Assembly (NCBI GenBank): GCA_021772465.1
Contig: JAJFLX010000003.1
Coordinates: forward strand, 190,684 to 254,683
DNA from: Chlamydiota bacterium
GTDB lineage: Bacteria > Chlamydiota > Chlamydiia > Chlamydiales > JAAKFR01
DNA: 64,000 nt
Direction: 5' to 3'
This document shows positions 10,555-18,801 of this stretch, one piece after another. Made by a program: the position numbers and the translations under genes. Under the pieces are notes generated by a model that did not search any database, was not told where the DNA came from, and was given only the letters and a program-made list of their open reading frames with translations. The stretch's first letter is position 1. Each line of letters begins with the position of its first letter.

Positions 10555-11303
10555 GTCCATTTTTCAATCCAGGTTAGGAGGTTCTCCTCCGCCTGGACAA
10601 GCTCCTGCTCCTCGTGGAGCCGCCTGTTTTCGATCGAGGCGAGAAGGCTGCGTAGCTGCTGGTCGAGCTCAAAAAAACCATTATGGTAGAGGGATCGGTT
10701 CCATGGGTCAGTAGCCTCATGGAGAAGACGATCCAAAAAACCGAGGATTTTTGAGTCGGTAATTTCTGGGTGTATTTTTCTCGCTTCTAGCTCAGCTTGA
10801 TGGATCGCTTCGGCTAATTGAATTTTGGGATTTTTCCGAAAGAGATAGCTCATAAAACCTTTGCGGCGCTTTGCCTCCTCTCCTTTTTTTAACGCGTGGT
10901 GGAGAGGAGTAAGGAGTGTGAGAAGATGGGCAGTTTGTTTTTCCCGAGTTTGTGCCTCGAGGAGATGTTTTCGACAGGTTTTGAGCTCTTCTATCGAATT
11001 GGGTTGGTGGTTGCAGATCTCTTGGATGAGAGTCTCTTTTAACTCTTCAATTGAGCAGGAATCAATCTGATCGAGCTGATGGTCGAGAATGCGGAGCTCC
11101 TCAACGAGTGAATCGAAATCTTCGCCAGGCCTCTCGTGGAGAAGGCTCCCTTCAAGTGAGAGTTTTTTTTGCTCAATCTCTTGGTGCAAACTCTCCCTTT
11201 TTTCATATAGGTCTTTGTGGGTATCTTCCAAACTGCGGCGCTCATCAAATTCTTTTTTTAATTGTTGAAGTTGCATTTTCCCCTCAATTTCGTTACGCTT
11301 CAC
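10515..11303 (-). CDS. Hypothetical coiled-coil protein
   Basis: 262-aa ORF rich in heptad-like E/K/L/Q sequence. I recognise no enzymatic motif. It occupies the slc1-ssb gap. Confidence 0.5.
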   Translation of the reverse strand: MKRNEIEGKMQLQQLKKEFDERRSLEDTHKDLYEKRESLHQEIEQKKLSLEGSLLHERPGEDFDSLVEELRILDHQLDQIDSCSIEELKETLIQEICNHQPNSIEELKTCRKHLLEAQTREKQTAHLLTLLTPLHHALKKGEEAKRRKGFMSYLFRKNPKIQLAEAIHQAELEARKIHPEITDSKILGFLDRLLHEATDPWNRSLYHNGFFELDQQLRSLLASIENRRLHEEQELVQAEENLLTWIEKWTYARIPEPGCGGG

Positions 11304-11333
11304 CCAACGATATATGAAAAGCGAGGTATTGTC

Positions 11334-11756
11334 ATGATTCTTGTCGAAATTGCAGGGTTCCTAGGAGCAGATCCTGAGGAGCGGTTCACCTCATCAGGAA
11401 AGAGAGTTGTCGGTTTACGAGTAGCCACTCGAGTGCGCCACAGTGGGCAGGATGAAACGGTTTGGTGGCGTGTGAGCATCTGGGGGGATCGGTTTGATAG
11501 AATGCTACCCTTCCTAAAGAAAGGATCGGCGGTGATTGTCGTTGGAGACATGAACAAACCGGAAACCTACGTAGGCAAGGATGGGCAAACAAATATTTCC
11601 ATGAGCCTTAACGCCGAGATGATCAAGTTTAGCCCCTTTGGGAAGCCAGACAAAGGTGAAGAGTCCTCAACCTCTTCTGACCGAGCGCCTCTTGCCTCAG
11701 TAGGAAATAGCTCGTCGAACGCTTCAGACGTTGCTCCCGATGATTTACCCTTTTAA
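11334..11756 (+). CDS. ssb: Single-stranded DNA-binding protein
   Basis: OB-fold N-terminus (ILVEIAGFLGADPEERFTSSGKRVVGLRVAT...WWRVSIWG), a disordered tail and the acidic C-terminal tip DDLPF. Start set at the internal Met. Confidence 0.9.
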   Translation: MILVEIAGFLGADPEERFTSSGKRVVGLRVATRVRHSGQDETVWWRVSIWGDRFDRMLPFLKKGSAVIVVGDMNKPETYVGKDGQTNISMSLNAEMIKFSPFGKPDKGEESSTSSDRAPLASVGNSSSNASDVAPDDLPF

Positions 11757-11766
11757 CGGATAGACC

Positions 11767-13254
11767 ATGCTATTTTCTACAACTTCGGACCTCTCAAAGC
11801 GGAAGGAATCTGAGCTGATTGTCCTTCCATTTTGGGAGAAGAAAAAAAAGGCTCGCGCTGCGACCACACTCACGGCTTTCAATCGGCACGTCGCTCCACT
11901 TTTGGCTACTGGCGATTTCACTGGTGAGTTTGGGCGCACATCGCTTGTATACGCCAAAGAGGGGGAAAAAGAGCCGCGATGTATGTTGCTCGGGCTTGGC
12001 GTCGAGGAGAAGCTTACAGTAGAGCGACTGCGCAATGCCTACTCGGTAGTCGCAAAAGCGTGTCAAAAATTGGGGCTCGTCAAAATCACGCTTGTACTTC
12101 CCAATATCGTCGAGTTGCGTCACGTCTCTGTAGATGAATGTTTGAGAGGCATCGCGGAAGGGATCTTACTTTCAAACTACACCTTTGAACAGCTAGCTAC
12201 CTCTTCAGATCGCACAGTATTGCTCAAGAGCGTACAGCTCGTCGGGATTACATCTAGCAAACTCGATGTTGTTCGCCTCTGTGAAGAGATTGCGGAAGGG
12301 GTCTATTTTGCACGGGATTTAGTCAATAAAAATGCAGATGACATTACCCCAACTTATCTTGGTAAGGCTGCGAGTAAATTGGCAAAAACGCTTCCGAACC
12401 TAAAAGCTGAGGTCTTTGGTAGGAAGTGGATTCAATCAGAGAAGTTGGGGCTGCTTGAGGCCGTATCTCGTGGCGCTCAAGAGGAGCCTGCCTTCATTAT
12501 CTTGAGCTACAGGGGTTATGCGAGGTCCAAAGACCACACGGTGATTGTAGGTAAAGGCGTTACCTATGACACAGGAGGACTAAATCTCAAGCCAACGGGT
12601 TCTATAGAGACCATGAGAAGCGACATGGCTGGCGCTGCTGCTGCGCTCGCAACTGTGACGACAGCTGCCGCATTGAAGATGAAAGTGAATGTAACAGCTG
12701 TCATACCTTCTACAGAAAATGCGATCGATTCAAAGAGCTACAAACCCGGTGATGTTTACGCGGCCTACAATAAAACGACTGTGGAAATTGGAAATACAGA
12801 TGCGGAAGGGAGGCTGATTCTTGCGGATGCTTTAGCCTACACCCTTCAAAATTTGAAGCCGACGCGTATGATCGATGTAGCAACGCTTACAGGTGCTGTT
12901 GTAGTTGCTTTAGGGGAAGATATGGCGGGGCTTTACTGCAATGACGAGACGCTTTCAAAGCAGCTTCTAGATGCAAGCCAGGAGACAGGTGAGAAGGTGT
13001 GGCGGCTTCCACTTCATGAACCCTACAAAGAACTTTTGAAGTCAGATATTGCCGATCTCAGAAACATTGGAGGTCGAGCTGGGGGCTCAATTACAGCTGC
13101 GCTTTTTTTAGAGGCATTTGTAGGAAGTTGCCCTTGGGCGCACTTCGATATTGCCGGTCCTGCTTTTACAAGCAAAGAGCACGGATACCAGCCAAAAAAT
13201 GGGGTGGGCTTTGGAGTTCGTACGCTTCTCAATTTTTTGCAAAAATTAGCCTAG
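11767..13254 (+). CDS. pepA: Leucyl aminopeptidase (M17)
   Basis: 495 aa with VGKGVTYDTGGLNLKP and the M17 signature NTDAEGRLILADAL. Confidence 0.9.
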   Translation: MLFSTTSDLSKRKESELIVLPFWEKKKKARAATTLTAFNRHVAPLLATGDFTGEFGRTSLVYAKEGEKEPRCMLLGLGVEEKLTVERLRNAYSVVAKACQKLGLVKITLVLPNIVELRHVSVDECLRGIAEGILLSNYTFEQLATSSDRTVLLKSVQLVGITSSKLDVVRLCEEIAEGVYFARDLVNKNADDITPTYLGKAASKLAKTLPNLKAEVFGRKWIQSEKLGLLEAVSRGAQEEPAFIILSYRGYARSKDHTVIVGKGVTYDTGGLNLKPTGSIETMRSDMAGAAAALATVTTAAALKMKVNVTAVIPSTENAIDSKSYKPGDVYAAYNKTTVEIGNTDAEGRLILADALAYTLQNLKPTRMIDVATLTGAVVVALGEDMAGLYCNDETLSKQLLDASQETGEKVWRLPLHEPYKELLKSDIADLRNIGGRAGGSITAALFLEAFVGSCPWAHFDIAGPAFTSKEHGYQPKNGVGFGVRTLLNFLQKLA

Positions 13255-13324
13255 CTTTGATCTATAGCATTTTTTTTTGTTGTTCGAAGCTGTTCTTTAG
13301 TATGCTAAATTCCAGTCATTTATA

Positions 13325-13357
13325 AATATCCTCTCGCTATCGAGAGGATATTTTTTT
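13325..13357 (+). terminator. Rho-independent terminator downstream of pepA
   Basis: 12-bp perfect stem aatatcctctcg/cgagaggatatt with a 4-nt loop (ctat), followed by a T-run. Confidence 0.7.
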
Positions 13358-13367
13358 GTTTTTTCGC

Positions 13368-13395
13368 TAAAGTCTCTCGGTGGGTGTGCCGATTT
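13368..13395 (+). promoter_or_regulatory. Sigma-28 (FliA)-type promoter upstream of hctB
   Basis: TAAAGTCT-N12-GCCGATTT compared with the sigma-28 consensus TAAAGTTT-N11-GCCGATAA. It lies 44 nt upstream of the hctB ATG. Confidence 0.55.
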
Positions 13396-13438
13396 ATGGT
13401 TTAGGCAATTGCTGAAATCAACAATAGGAGGCAAAGCC

Positions 13439-14080
13439 ATGTTGAGACTCCAACAAAGTCGAGCATCGACCTCTAGTAGCCGCCGCACAAAAAAGAGCGC
13501 TGCTACTAAGAAATCTAGCCCCGCAAAGCGAAAAGCTGCTCCTAAGCGTAAGACTGCTGCTAAGAAGGCCGCTCCTAAGCGTAAGACTACTGCTAGAAAA
13601 GCTGCTCCTAAGCGCAAGACTGCTGCTAAGAAAGCTGCTCCTAAGCGTAAGACTGCTGCTAAGAAAGCTGCTCCTAAGCGCAAGACCGCTGCTAAGAAAG
13701 CTGCTCCTAAGCGCAAGACCGCTGCTAAGAAAGCCGCTCCTAAGCGCAAGACCGCTGCTAAGAAAGCCGCTCCTAAGCGCAAGACTGCTGCTAAGAAAGC
13801 TGCTCCTAAGCGCAAGACCGCTGTTAGAAAAGCTGTTAAAAAGACAGCTTCTAAGGCTAAAAAAGTTGTTAAAAAGACAGCTTCTAAGGCTAAAAAAGCA
13901 GTTAGAAAGGCTGCTCCGAAAAGAGCTGCTTCTAAGCGCAAGACGACTACTCGTCGACGTACTGCTGCATCATCTACACGTAGACGTGCTGCAAGACGCA
14001 CTGCAAGCGCGCGCTCTCAAACAGCTACTGGCTGGAGAAGGAGCGTCGCTCGTTCGTCTCGAAGCGGATACGCTTCTTAA
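13439..14080 (+). CDS. hctB: Histone H1-like nucleoid protein Hc2
   Basis: Extremely K/A/R/P-rich, with tandem AAPKRKTAAKK units. AGGAGG lies upstream of the ATG at 13439. It sits downstream of pepA, as hctB does in Chlamydiaceae. Confidence 0.85.
   Translation: MLRLQQSRASTSSSRRTKKSAATKKSSPAKRKAAPKRKTAAKKAAPKRKTTARKAAPKRKTAAKKAAPKRKTAAKKAAPKRKTAAKKAAPKRKTAAKKAAPKRKTAAKKAAPKRKTAAKKAAPKRKTAVRKAVKKTASKAKKVVKKTASKAKKAVRKAAPKRAASKRKTTTRRRTAASSTRRRAARRTASARSQTATGWRRSVARSSRSGYAS
13535..13897 (+). repeat. Tandem 33-nt (11-codon) coding repeat inside hctB, 11 units
   Basis: Nine near-identical units gctgctcctaagcg[t/c]aagac[t/c]gctgctaagaa[a/g] (AAPKRKTAAKK) span 13535-13831. Two units of a second 33-nt type (xVKKTASKAKK) span 13832-13897. 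Confidence 0.9.
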
Positions 14081-14107
14081 GCGACAGCATAGTCTGCTCG
14101 TACTCAG

Positions 14108-14141
14108 TGGTGACTCTATCCTAGGGTCACCACTTTTTTTT
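14108..14141 (+). terminator. Rho-independent terminator downstream of hctB
   Basis: 8-bp stem gtggtgac/gtcaccac with a 10-nt loop, followed by T8. Confidence 0.75.
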
Positions 14142-14166
14142 GTCTTCGCCAAAAGGTGTTCGTGTT

Positions 14167-15159
14167 ATGCTGACGTCCATGCAGCTCATTATTGCAACAG
14201 ACAAAGAGGAGCGCCGCAGGCTTTTATCGAGCCGTCTCAAGCGGTCCCTTTCCTCTGCGCAAATCTTCTATCCCGAGACTTTTTCCCTCTCAGATTTTTT
14301 TCAAGAGGTAGAGACGCGCCCTTTTTTGCAAGCCTCAAAGGTCTTGGTTATCGAGGAGATAGACCGGCTTGAATCGACGTTCAAGGAGGGGCTTCTTGAG
14401 TACTGTAAGCGTCCTGCAGATTGGATAGATCTCTACCTAACAGCGACCTCTCTTTCTTCTCAGACGAAGCTCTATAAGGCTGTGCAGGCAAAGGGTGAGA
14501 TCGTGCACTTAAAAAGTGAGAAACCTTGGGAACGAAAGGAGCGTCATACCCACTGGATTCAGACATATGTCCAAGAGCATGGGGCTAGCATCTCTTCTCA
14601 AACAGCTGAGGCTCTCATTAAGGCAGTAGATGCCTCGACTCTCCAGTCCGAATTGGATAAACTTCTCAATTATGTAGAGGAGGGAGGAGAAATCACCCTG
14701 CAAGCCATCCATGCGCTTTCAACTCCGATGCATCGTGAAACGCTTTGGCAACTCAGTGATGCACTCTTGGCTTTGGAGAGCGCCATAGCTCTCAGGATTG
14801 GAAGATTGCTCATCCACGAGGGATTGTCTCTATTTGCTCTTCTCGGGCATCTTAGAAAGCAGTTTGAATCGACCGATCAAATGCTTCAGATTTTGCGCAC
14901 GGAGGGAAAAACTGGCGTGTCTGTTGCCTTTCCTAAGTTGTCTCCACAGTTTTTGGATAAAAAAATCCGCTTGGCAGGACGTTTTGGTCAGCCCAGATCA
15001 AAACGAGCTCTCCTATTAATTTATGAGACCGAGCTGCGAGCAAAGAGTCAGGCAGTCGATCCGGCCCTGCTTATCGAAATATTAATCATTCAGGTGACAC
15101 ATGACACTCATTCTTCTTCCCAATCTTCTCGCTCCCGCCTCTTTACACCAGCGCGGTGA
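14167..15159 (+). CDS. holA: DNA polymerase III delta subunit (HolA-like)
   Basis: About 330 aa with HolA-like length and layout (LIIATDKEE..., LLIYETELRAKS). Similarity is weak, as is typical for delta subunits. Start moved to a Met downstream of the hctB terminator. Confidence 0.55.
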   Translation: MLTSMQLIIATDKEERRRLLSSRLKRSLSSAQIFYPETFSLSDFFQEVETRPFLQASKVLVIEEIDRLESTFKEGLLEYCKRPADWIDLYLTATSLSSQTKLYKAVQAKGEIVHLKSEKPWERKERHTHWIQTYVQEHGASISSQTAEALIKAVDASTLQSELDKLLNYVEEGGEITLQAIHALSTPMHRETLWQLSDALLALESAIALRIGRLLIHEGLSLFALLGHLRKQFESTDQMLQILRTEGKTGVSVAFPKLSPQFLDKKIRLAGRFGQPRSKRALLLIYETELRAKSQAVDPALLIEILIIQVTHDTHSSSQSSRSRLFTPAR

Positions 15160-15823
15160 GGGGAAAGCTCATCACCTCTTTTTGCCTCCTGCTCTCGATC
15201 AGGTCATGAGTCAAATCGATGGTCTGATAGCTGAGAGTGAAGGTGAAGGGAGGCGCTATCTAAAACGGTTTGCGACAAAGAAAAAACCTCATGAGATGCC
15301 GATTGCCCTTTTGAGCCATCAAAGCAATGCCAGTGATATCGACTTCCTTCTAGAGCCTGTTGTGAAAGGAGAGAAATGGGGAGTTTTATCAGATGCTGGG
15401 CTTCCATGTTTGGCCGATCCTGGATCGCAACTTGTCATAAGAGCACGTCAGCTCAACCTTCCTATCGATGCGCTCAGCGGCCCCTCTTCGATCACACTCT
15501 CTTTGATTTTGTCTGGGCTGCCTGGCCAGAATTTTTTCTTCCATGGCTATATCCCCAAGAGGCCTGATGAGAGAGAAAATGCCTTGAGAGAGTGGGAAAA
15601 AATGAGGGAAGTCACGCATAGTTTCATTGAAACGCCCTACCGCAATCAGCACACTCTTCACTCCTGTTTAAAGGTGCTTAAAGGTGACACCCTTTTTTCT
15701 ATTGCAGCCAATCTCACTATGGACGATGAGTATGTTCACACAGCCCCCATCAGAGAGTGGAAAGAAGATCTGGAATTTTTCCTGGAAAAAAAGCCTGCAA
15801 TTTTTCTTTTCAGACCCCGATAG
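15101..15823 (+). CDS. Tetrapyrrole-methylase-fold SAM-dependent methyltransferase (RsmI/YraL-like)
   Basis: LSDAGLPCLADPGSQLV, GPSSITLSLILSGLPGQNFFFHGYIP and FIETPYRN are characteristic of the RsmI/YraL-like family. Confidence 0.75.
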   Translation: MTLILLPNLLAPASLHQRGEGKAHHLFLPPALDQVMSQIDGLIAESEGEGRRYLKRFATKKKPHEMPIALLSHQSNASDIDFLLEPVVKGEKWGVLSDAGLPCLADPGSQLVIRARQLNLPIDALSGPSSITLSLILSGLPGQNFFFHGYIPKRPDERENALREWEKMREVTHSFIETPYRNQHTLHSCLKVLKGDTLFSIAANLTMDDEYVHTAPIREWKEDLEFFLEKKPAIFLFRPR

Positions 15824-15833
15824 GGGAGGGGGG

Positions 15834-16178
15834 CTAGCGTAAATACGCTTTGAGATTGAGTGCACCCGAGCCCACGAATCCTAGACCCATAACCGCTGCA
15901 ATAGAGGTGCCTGCTATCCAGTAGGGGAGAACATGAGTTAATGCCAATATCGCAAGAACTGTCGAAACAAGGAGGGCAGGGTACATAGGCTTGTCTTTGG
16001 TAATGCAAAAAGCAGATCCCACAGAAAGACCAATTACCGTTCCGCAAAGGATGAGTCCTGGAAGAATCTTGAGCGCACCTAAAATAGCGATCGCTGTCAA
16101 ACCCACCATCACCACACGAGAAGTGTTGTTATAGAGAGGATGAAATCGAGAGGAATTACTTGATACGGGCGCATTCAT
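15834..16178 (-). CDS. Small 4-TM membrane protein, hypothetical
   Basis: 114 aa with two pairs of closely spaced hydrophobic segments. I recognise no homology. Confidence 0.4.
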   Translation of the reverse strand: MNAPVSSNSSRFHPLYNNTSRVVMVGLTAIAILGALKILPGLILCGTVIGLSVGSAFCITKDKPMYPALLVSTVLAILALTHVLPYWIAGTSIAAVMGLGFVGSGALNLKAYLR

Positions 16179-16193
16179 ATTTTAGCGGGGAAT

Positions 16194-17345
16194 TTAGTGA
16201 CTTAGAACTTTTTCTGCAACTGTTTCATGAAAGAGCAAACCCTTTGATGTGAGCCGCACGCCTTTCTCGCAACGCTCTACTAGCTCCTCCTTACGAAGCT
16301 CTTGGTAGACGGCCTCTAGCTCTTCGGGCCATATCTCTACACCTTCAAGTAGTCGCAGGCGAATAGCCAGTAATTCACGCCTAGATGTATCTAAAGAGAG
16401 TTTCTCGTAAAAATCGACAGGACTCTTTCCTTTTTTAAGAGCTTCAGCGTAACGATTGATATTTGCGATATTTTGAAAACGAGCCCCTTTGAAGTAGCTG
16501 AAAGCAGAGGGTCCCAGCCCAAGAAATGGGCGGGCCTTCCAGTAGCCTGTATTGTGCTTGGAATAAAGCCCCGATTTTGCAAAAGCAGATATTTCATACC
16601 GCTCAAACCCCCTACATGGGAGAGTAAAAGTTGCATAATTTAACATCTTCAAGCTCTCATCATCGTTTGGGAGATGCTTTTTAAGTCTCTCTCGCTGCTT
16701 GTAGAAGCTCGTATGGGGCTCAATCGTGAGGTTGTACAGTGAGATATGAGTTATCGGGAGTGAGCAGGCGCGATTGACTGTCTGCTCCCAACTATGAAAG
16801 CTCTGCCCGGGCAAATCGTACATGAGATCAACAGAGATATTTTCGAAGCCAGCCTCAGCGGTTTTTTCGACAGCTCGAATCGCTTGCTCAGCAGTATGAT
16901 GCCTCGTGAGTTTGCTTAGCAGGCTGCTATCGAGCGTTTGAACCCCCATGCTAATTCGGTTGATACCAAGGGAGCGCAAAGCACGCATCTCTTCTAATGT
17001 AACATCTTCAGGGTTAGCTTCTAGTGTGATTTCCACATCATCGAGAGGAGAGACCCAGTCGAGGATCTTTTCAAAATTTTTGGCTCCAAGTAGATAAGGG
17101 GTCCCTCCCCCAAAATAGAGGCTTACAACCGATTCAAAGCGAGGCGCCCGCTCCCACTCGAGTTTAAGGGCCTCCATGTAGAGTTGATGAAAATGCGACT
17201 TGTTAGGGATGACGTAGAAGTGGCAGTAGCCACATTTCTTATTGCAAAAGGGGATGTGGAAGTAGAGGCTACCACTCTGTGGCGTCAGGATCGATGATGC
17301 CACCACGTCGCCATCTGTTTTTATCGCTGAACGGGTCATCTTCAT
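16194..17345 (-). CDS. hemW: Radical SAM heme chaperone / oxygen-independent coproporphyrinogen oxidase-like (HemW/HemN family)
   Basis: LYFHIPFCNKKCGYCHFY (CxxxCxxC radical SAM), GGGTP and a HemN_C-like C-terminus. The start is uncertain because the N-terminus overlaps the upstream ORF by 77 nt. Confidence 0.85.
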   Translation of the reverse strand: MKMTRSAIKTDGDVVASSILTPQSGSLYFHIPFCNKKCGYCHFYVIPNKSHFHQLYMEALKLEWERAPRFESVVSLYFGGGTPYLLGAKNFEKILDWVSPLDDVEITLEANPEDVTLEEMRALRSLGINRISMGVQTLDSSLLSKLTRHHTAEQAIRAVEKTAEAGFENISVDLMYDLPGQSFHSWEQTVNRACSLPITHISLYNLTIEPHTSFYKQRERLKKHLPNDDESLKMLNYATFTLPCRGFERYEISAFAKSGLYSKHNTGYWKARPFLGLGPSAFSYFKGARFQNIANINRYAEALKKGKSPVDFYEKLSLDTSRRELLAIRLRLLEGVEIWPEELEAVYQELRKEELVERCEKGVRLTSKGLLFHETVAEKVLSH

Positions 17346-17712
17346 CCTCTTCGGGCTCTACCTCTGTTGAGGAAGGGGTCTCCCGGTCCTCTTCAGTTGT
17401 GGGGAGATCGGCACTTTCAGTCTCAGTCTCAAGTCCCGCTTCAGTTGTATCATTGAACCCCACATCTGACATGCTAGGGGTTTCGGGATATACCGTTTTT
17501 GAGGGGCTCCTTCTTGGGGTTGTGAACTCTTCAACTTCCCCGCTCTCTTTGAGAAATTGAAGCCTCTCTTGCTCTTCTAGAATACGAGCTCTGAGGTTTT
17601 CGATCTCCTCTTGGTGTCTACTTAGCTCATTTTTCGGGACAAGCCCAAGTTTCATCCACTGCTCAAGATCTTGAAGCTCAGTTTCAAACTTTTTTAATCT
17701 GTCACTTTTCAT
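17269..17712 (-). CDS. Hypothetical acidic protein (N-terminal coiled coil, D/E/T/S-rich tail)
   Basis: 147-aa ORF co-directional with and upstream of hemW. I recognise no motif. Confidence 0.45.
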   Translation of the reverse strand: MKSDRLKKFETELQDLEQWMKLGLVPKNELSRHQEEIENLRARILEEQERLQFLKESGEVEEFTTPRRSPSKTVYPETPSMSDVGFNDTTEAGLETETESADLPTTEEDRETPSSTEVEPEEDEDDPFSDKNRWRRGGIIDPDATEW

Positions 17713-17763
17713 AATGCTACACCAATCCAGGGAATTTACTTGCTGGGCCCTTTTTTCGCAATT

Positions 17764-18801
17764 CTAGGATTTTTGTAAACGGTTTTTTATCGCAAAATAG
17801 CTCAAAAACAGGGATTCAAGTGCGACAAAGAGGAAAAAAACAGAAGAACCTCCACTGCCAAACCCATAGCTATGAAGGCCAACTCCTAGCAGGTAGTTGA
17901 CACCATACCAGGTGAAGGTAATTGAGAGTAACCCGACAATCGATCCAACTGCAAGTCCCTTTCCACGAATTTTTTTAAAGCGGTAGGCGTGGATCCAAAT
18001 CAAGTAGAGGGCACTGGAGATAAAAGCCCAGGACTCTTTTGGATCCCAGTCCCAAAATCTCCCCCAGCTTTGCGCTGCCCACACCCCTCCGAGAATCGTA
18101 CCCCCGATGAGCAAGGCTGTGCCTAGGTAGAGCGTGCGAAGTAGGGTAGCCTCGAACTCGTGTGAAGGCGATTTTTGGAGCAAAAAGATATGTCCAAGTA
18201 CACCTGCTATGAAAAAAACACCGTAGCTTCCGACGACCATCAAAACATGAACTGTCAGCCAAAGCTGAGAATCAAGAACGGGTTGGGCAGGCTCCAGAGC
18301 CAAATGGGCAGGGAGAAAAAAGAGCAGAGCAGCCGCGACCGCCGCTCCCCCCCAGCGCACCTCCCGCGATTTTGAGAAAAAAAGGGCGAGAAGCGCTGCC
18401 ACCCAGGGGACATAGAGCAGAGTTTCATCCATATTTGAAACAGGGGGACGCAGCAAGATATAACTCCTAAGTGCAAGGACTACGGTATGAAAAGAAAAAG
18501 CGATATAGAACGTAGGCCAATAAACGAGAGCGATCAAGTAGAGTAAGATCAATAGACATTTTGTGGGAAATTTATAGAGGATGAGCTCACTCATGAGCTG
18601 CCCTCGGGTTGGATAACTCACTTTTTTTCCATAAGCCTCTAAGTAGGGCTTCCCCTCGAGTTCTCGATATGTCTCAAAGTTGAGCGGCTCTGTCTGCTCT
18701 GAGGGTGGAATCACACCTGCCGGTTTATAGCGCCCCTCATGGAGCATAGGAGCCCAATCAGCCCCAGTAAAAAAGATCAATAAGAGGAGAACTTTAAACA
18801 T
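17764..18801 (-). CDS. ccsA: Cytochrome c biogenesis protein CcsA (System II heme handling)
   Basis: Polytopic membrane protein with the Trp-rich WWD-type motif WGRFWDWDPKESWAF and flanking conserved His residues. Confidence 0.8.
   Translation of the reverse strand: MFKVLLLLIFFTGADWAPMLHEGRYKPAGVIPPSEQTEPLNFETYRELEGKPYLEAYGKKVSYPTRGQLMSELILYKFPTKCLLILLYLIALVYWPTFYIAFSFHTVVLALRSYILLRPPVSNMDETLLYVPWVAALLALFFSKSREVRWGGAAVAAALLFFLPAHLALEPAQPVLDSQLWLTVHVLMVVGSYGVFFIAGVLGHIFLLQKSPSHEFEATLLRTLYLGTALLIGGTILGGVWAAQSWGRFWDWDPKESWAFISSALYLIWIHAYRFKKIRGKGLAVGSIVGLLSITFTWYGVNYLLGVGLHSYGFGSGGSSVFFLFVALESLFLSYFAIKNRLQKS

Noticed and set aside
13535-13897. Regularly spaced 33-nt repeats that could be mistaken for a CRISPR array
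   Set aside because: The repeats are directly tandem with no spacers. They are in frame and code for a Lys/Ala/Pro-rich histone-like protein.
13297-14001. A 234-aa minus-strand ORF rich in Leu/Ala/Phe (AAFLAAVLRLG repeats)
   Set aside because: It is the mirror image of the hctB 33-nt repeats. The plus-strand frame has an RBS, a sigma-28-type promoter, a terminator and clear Hc2 character. The antisense frame stays open only because of the repeat composition.
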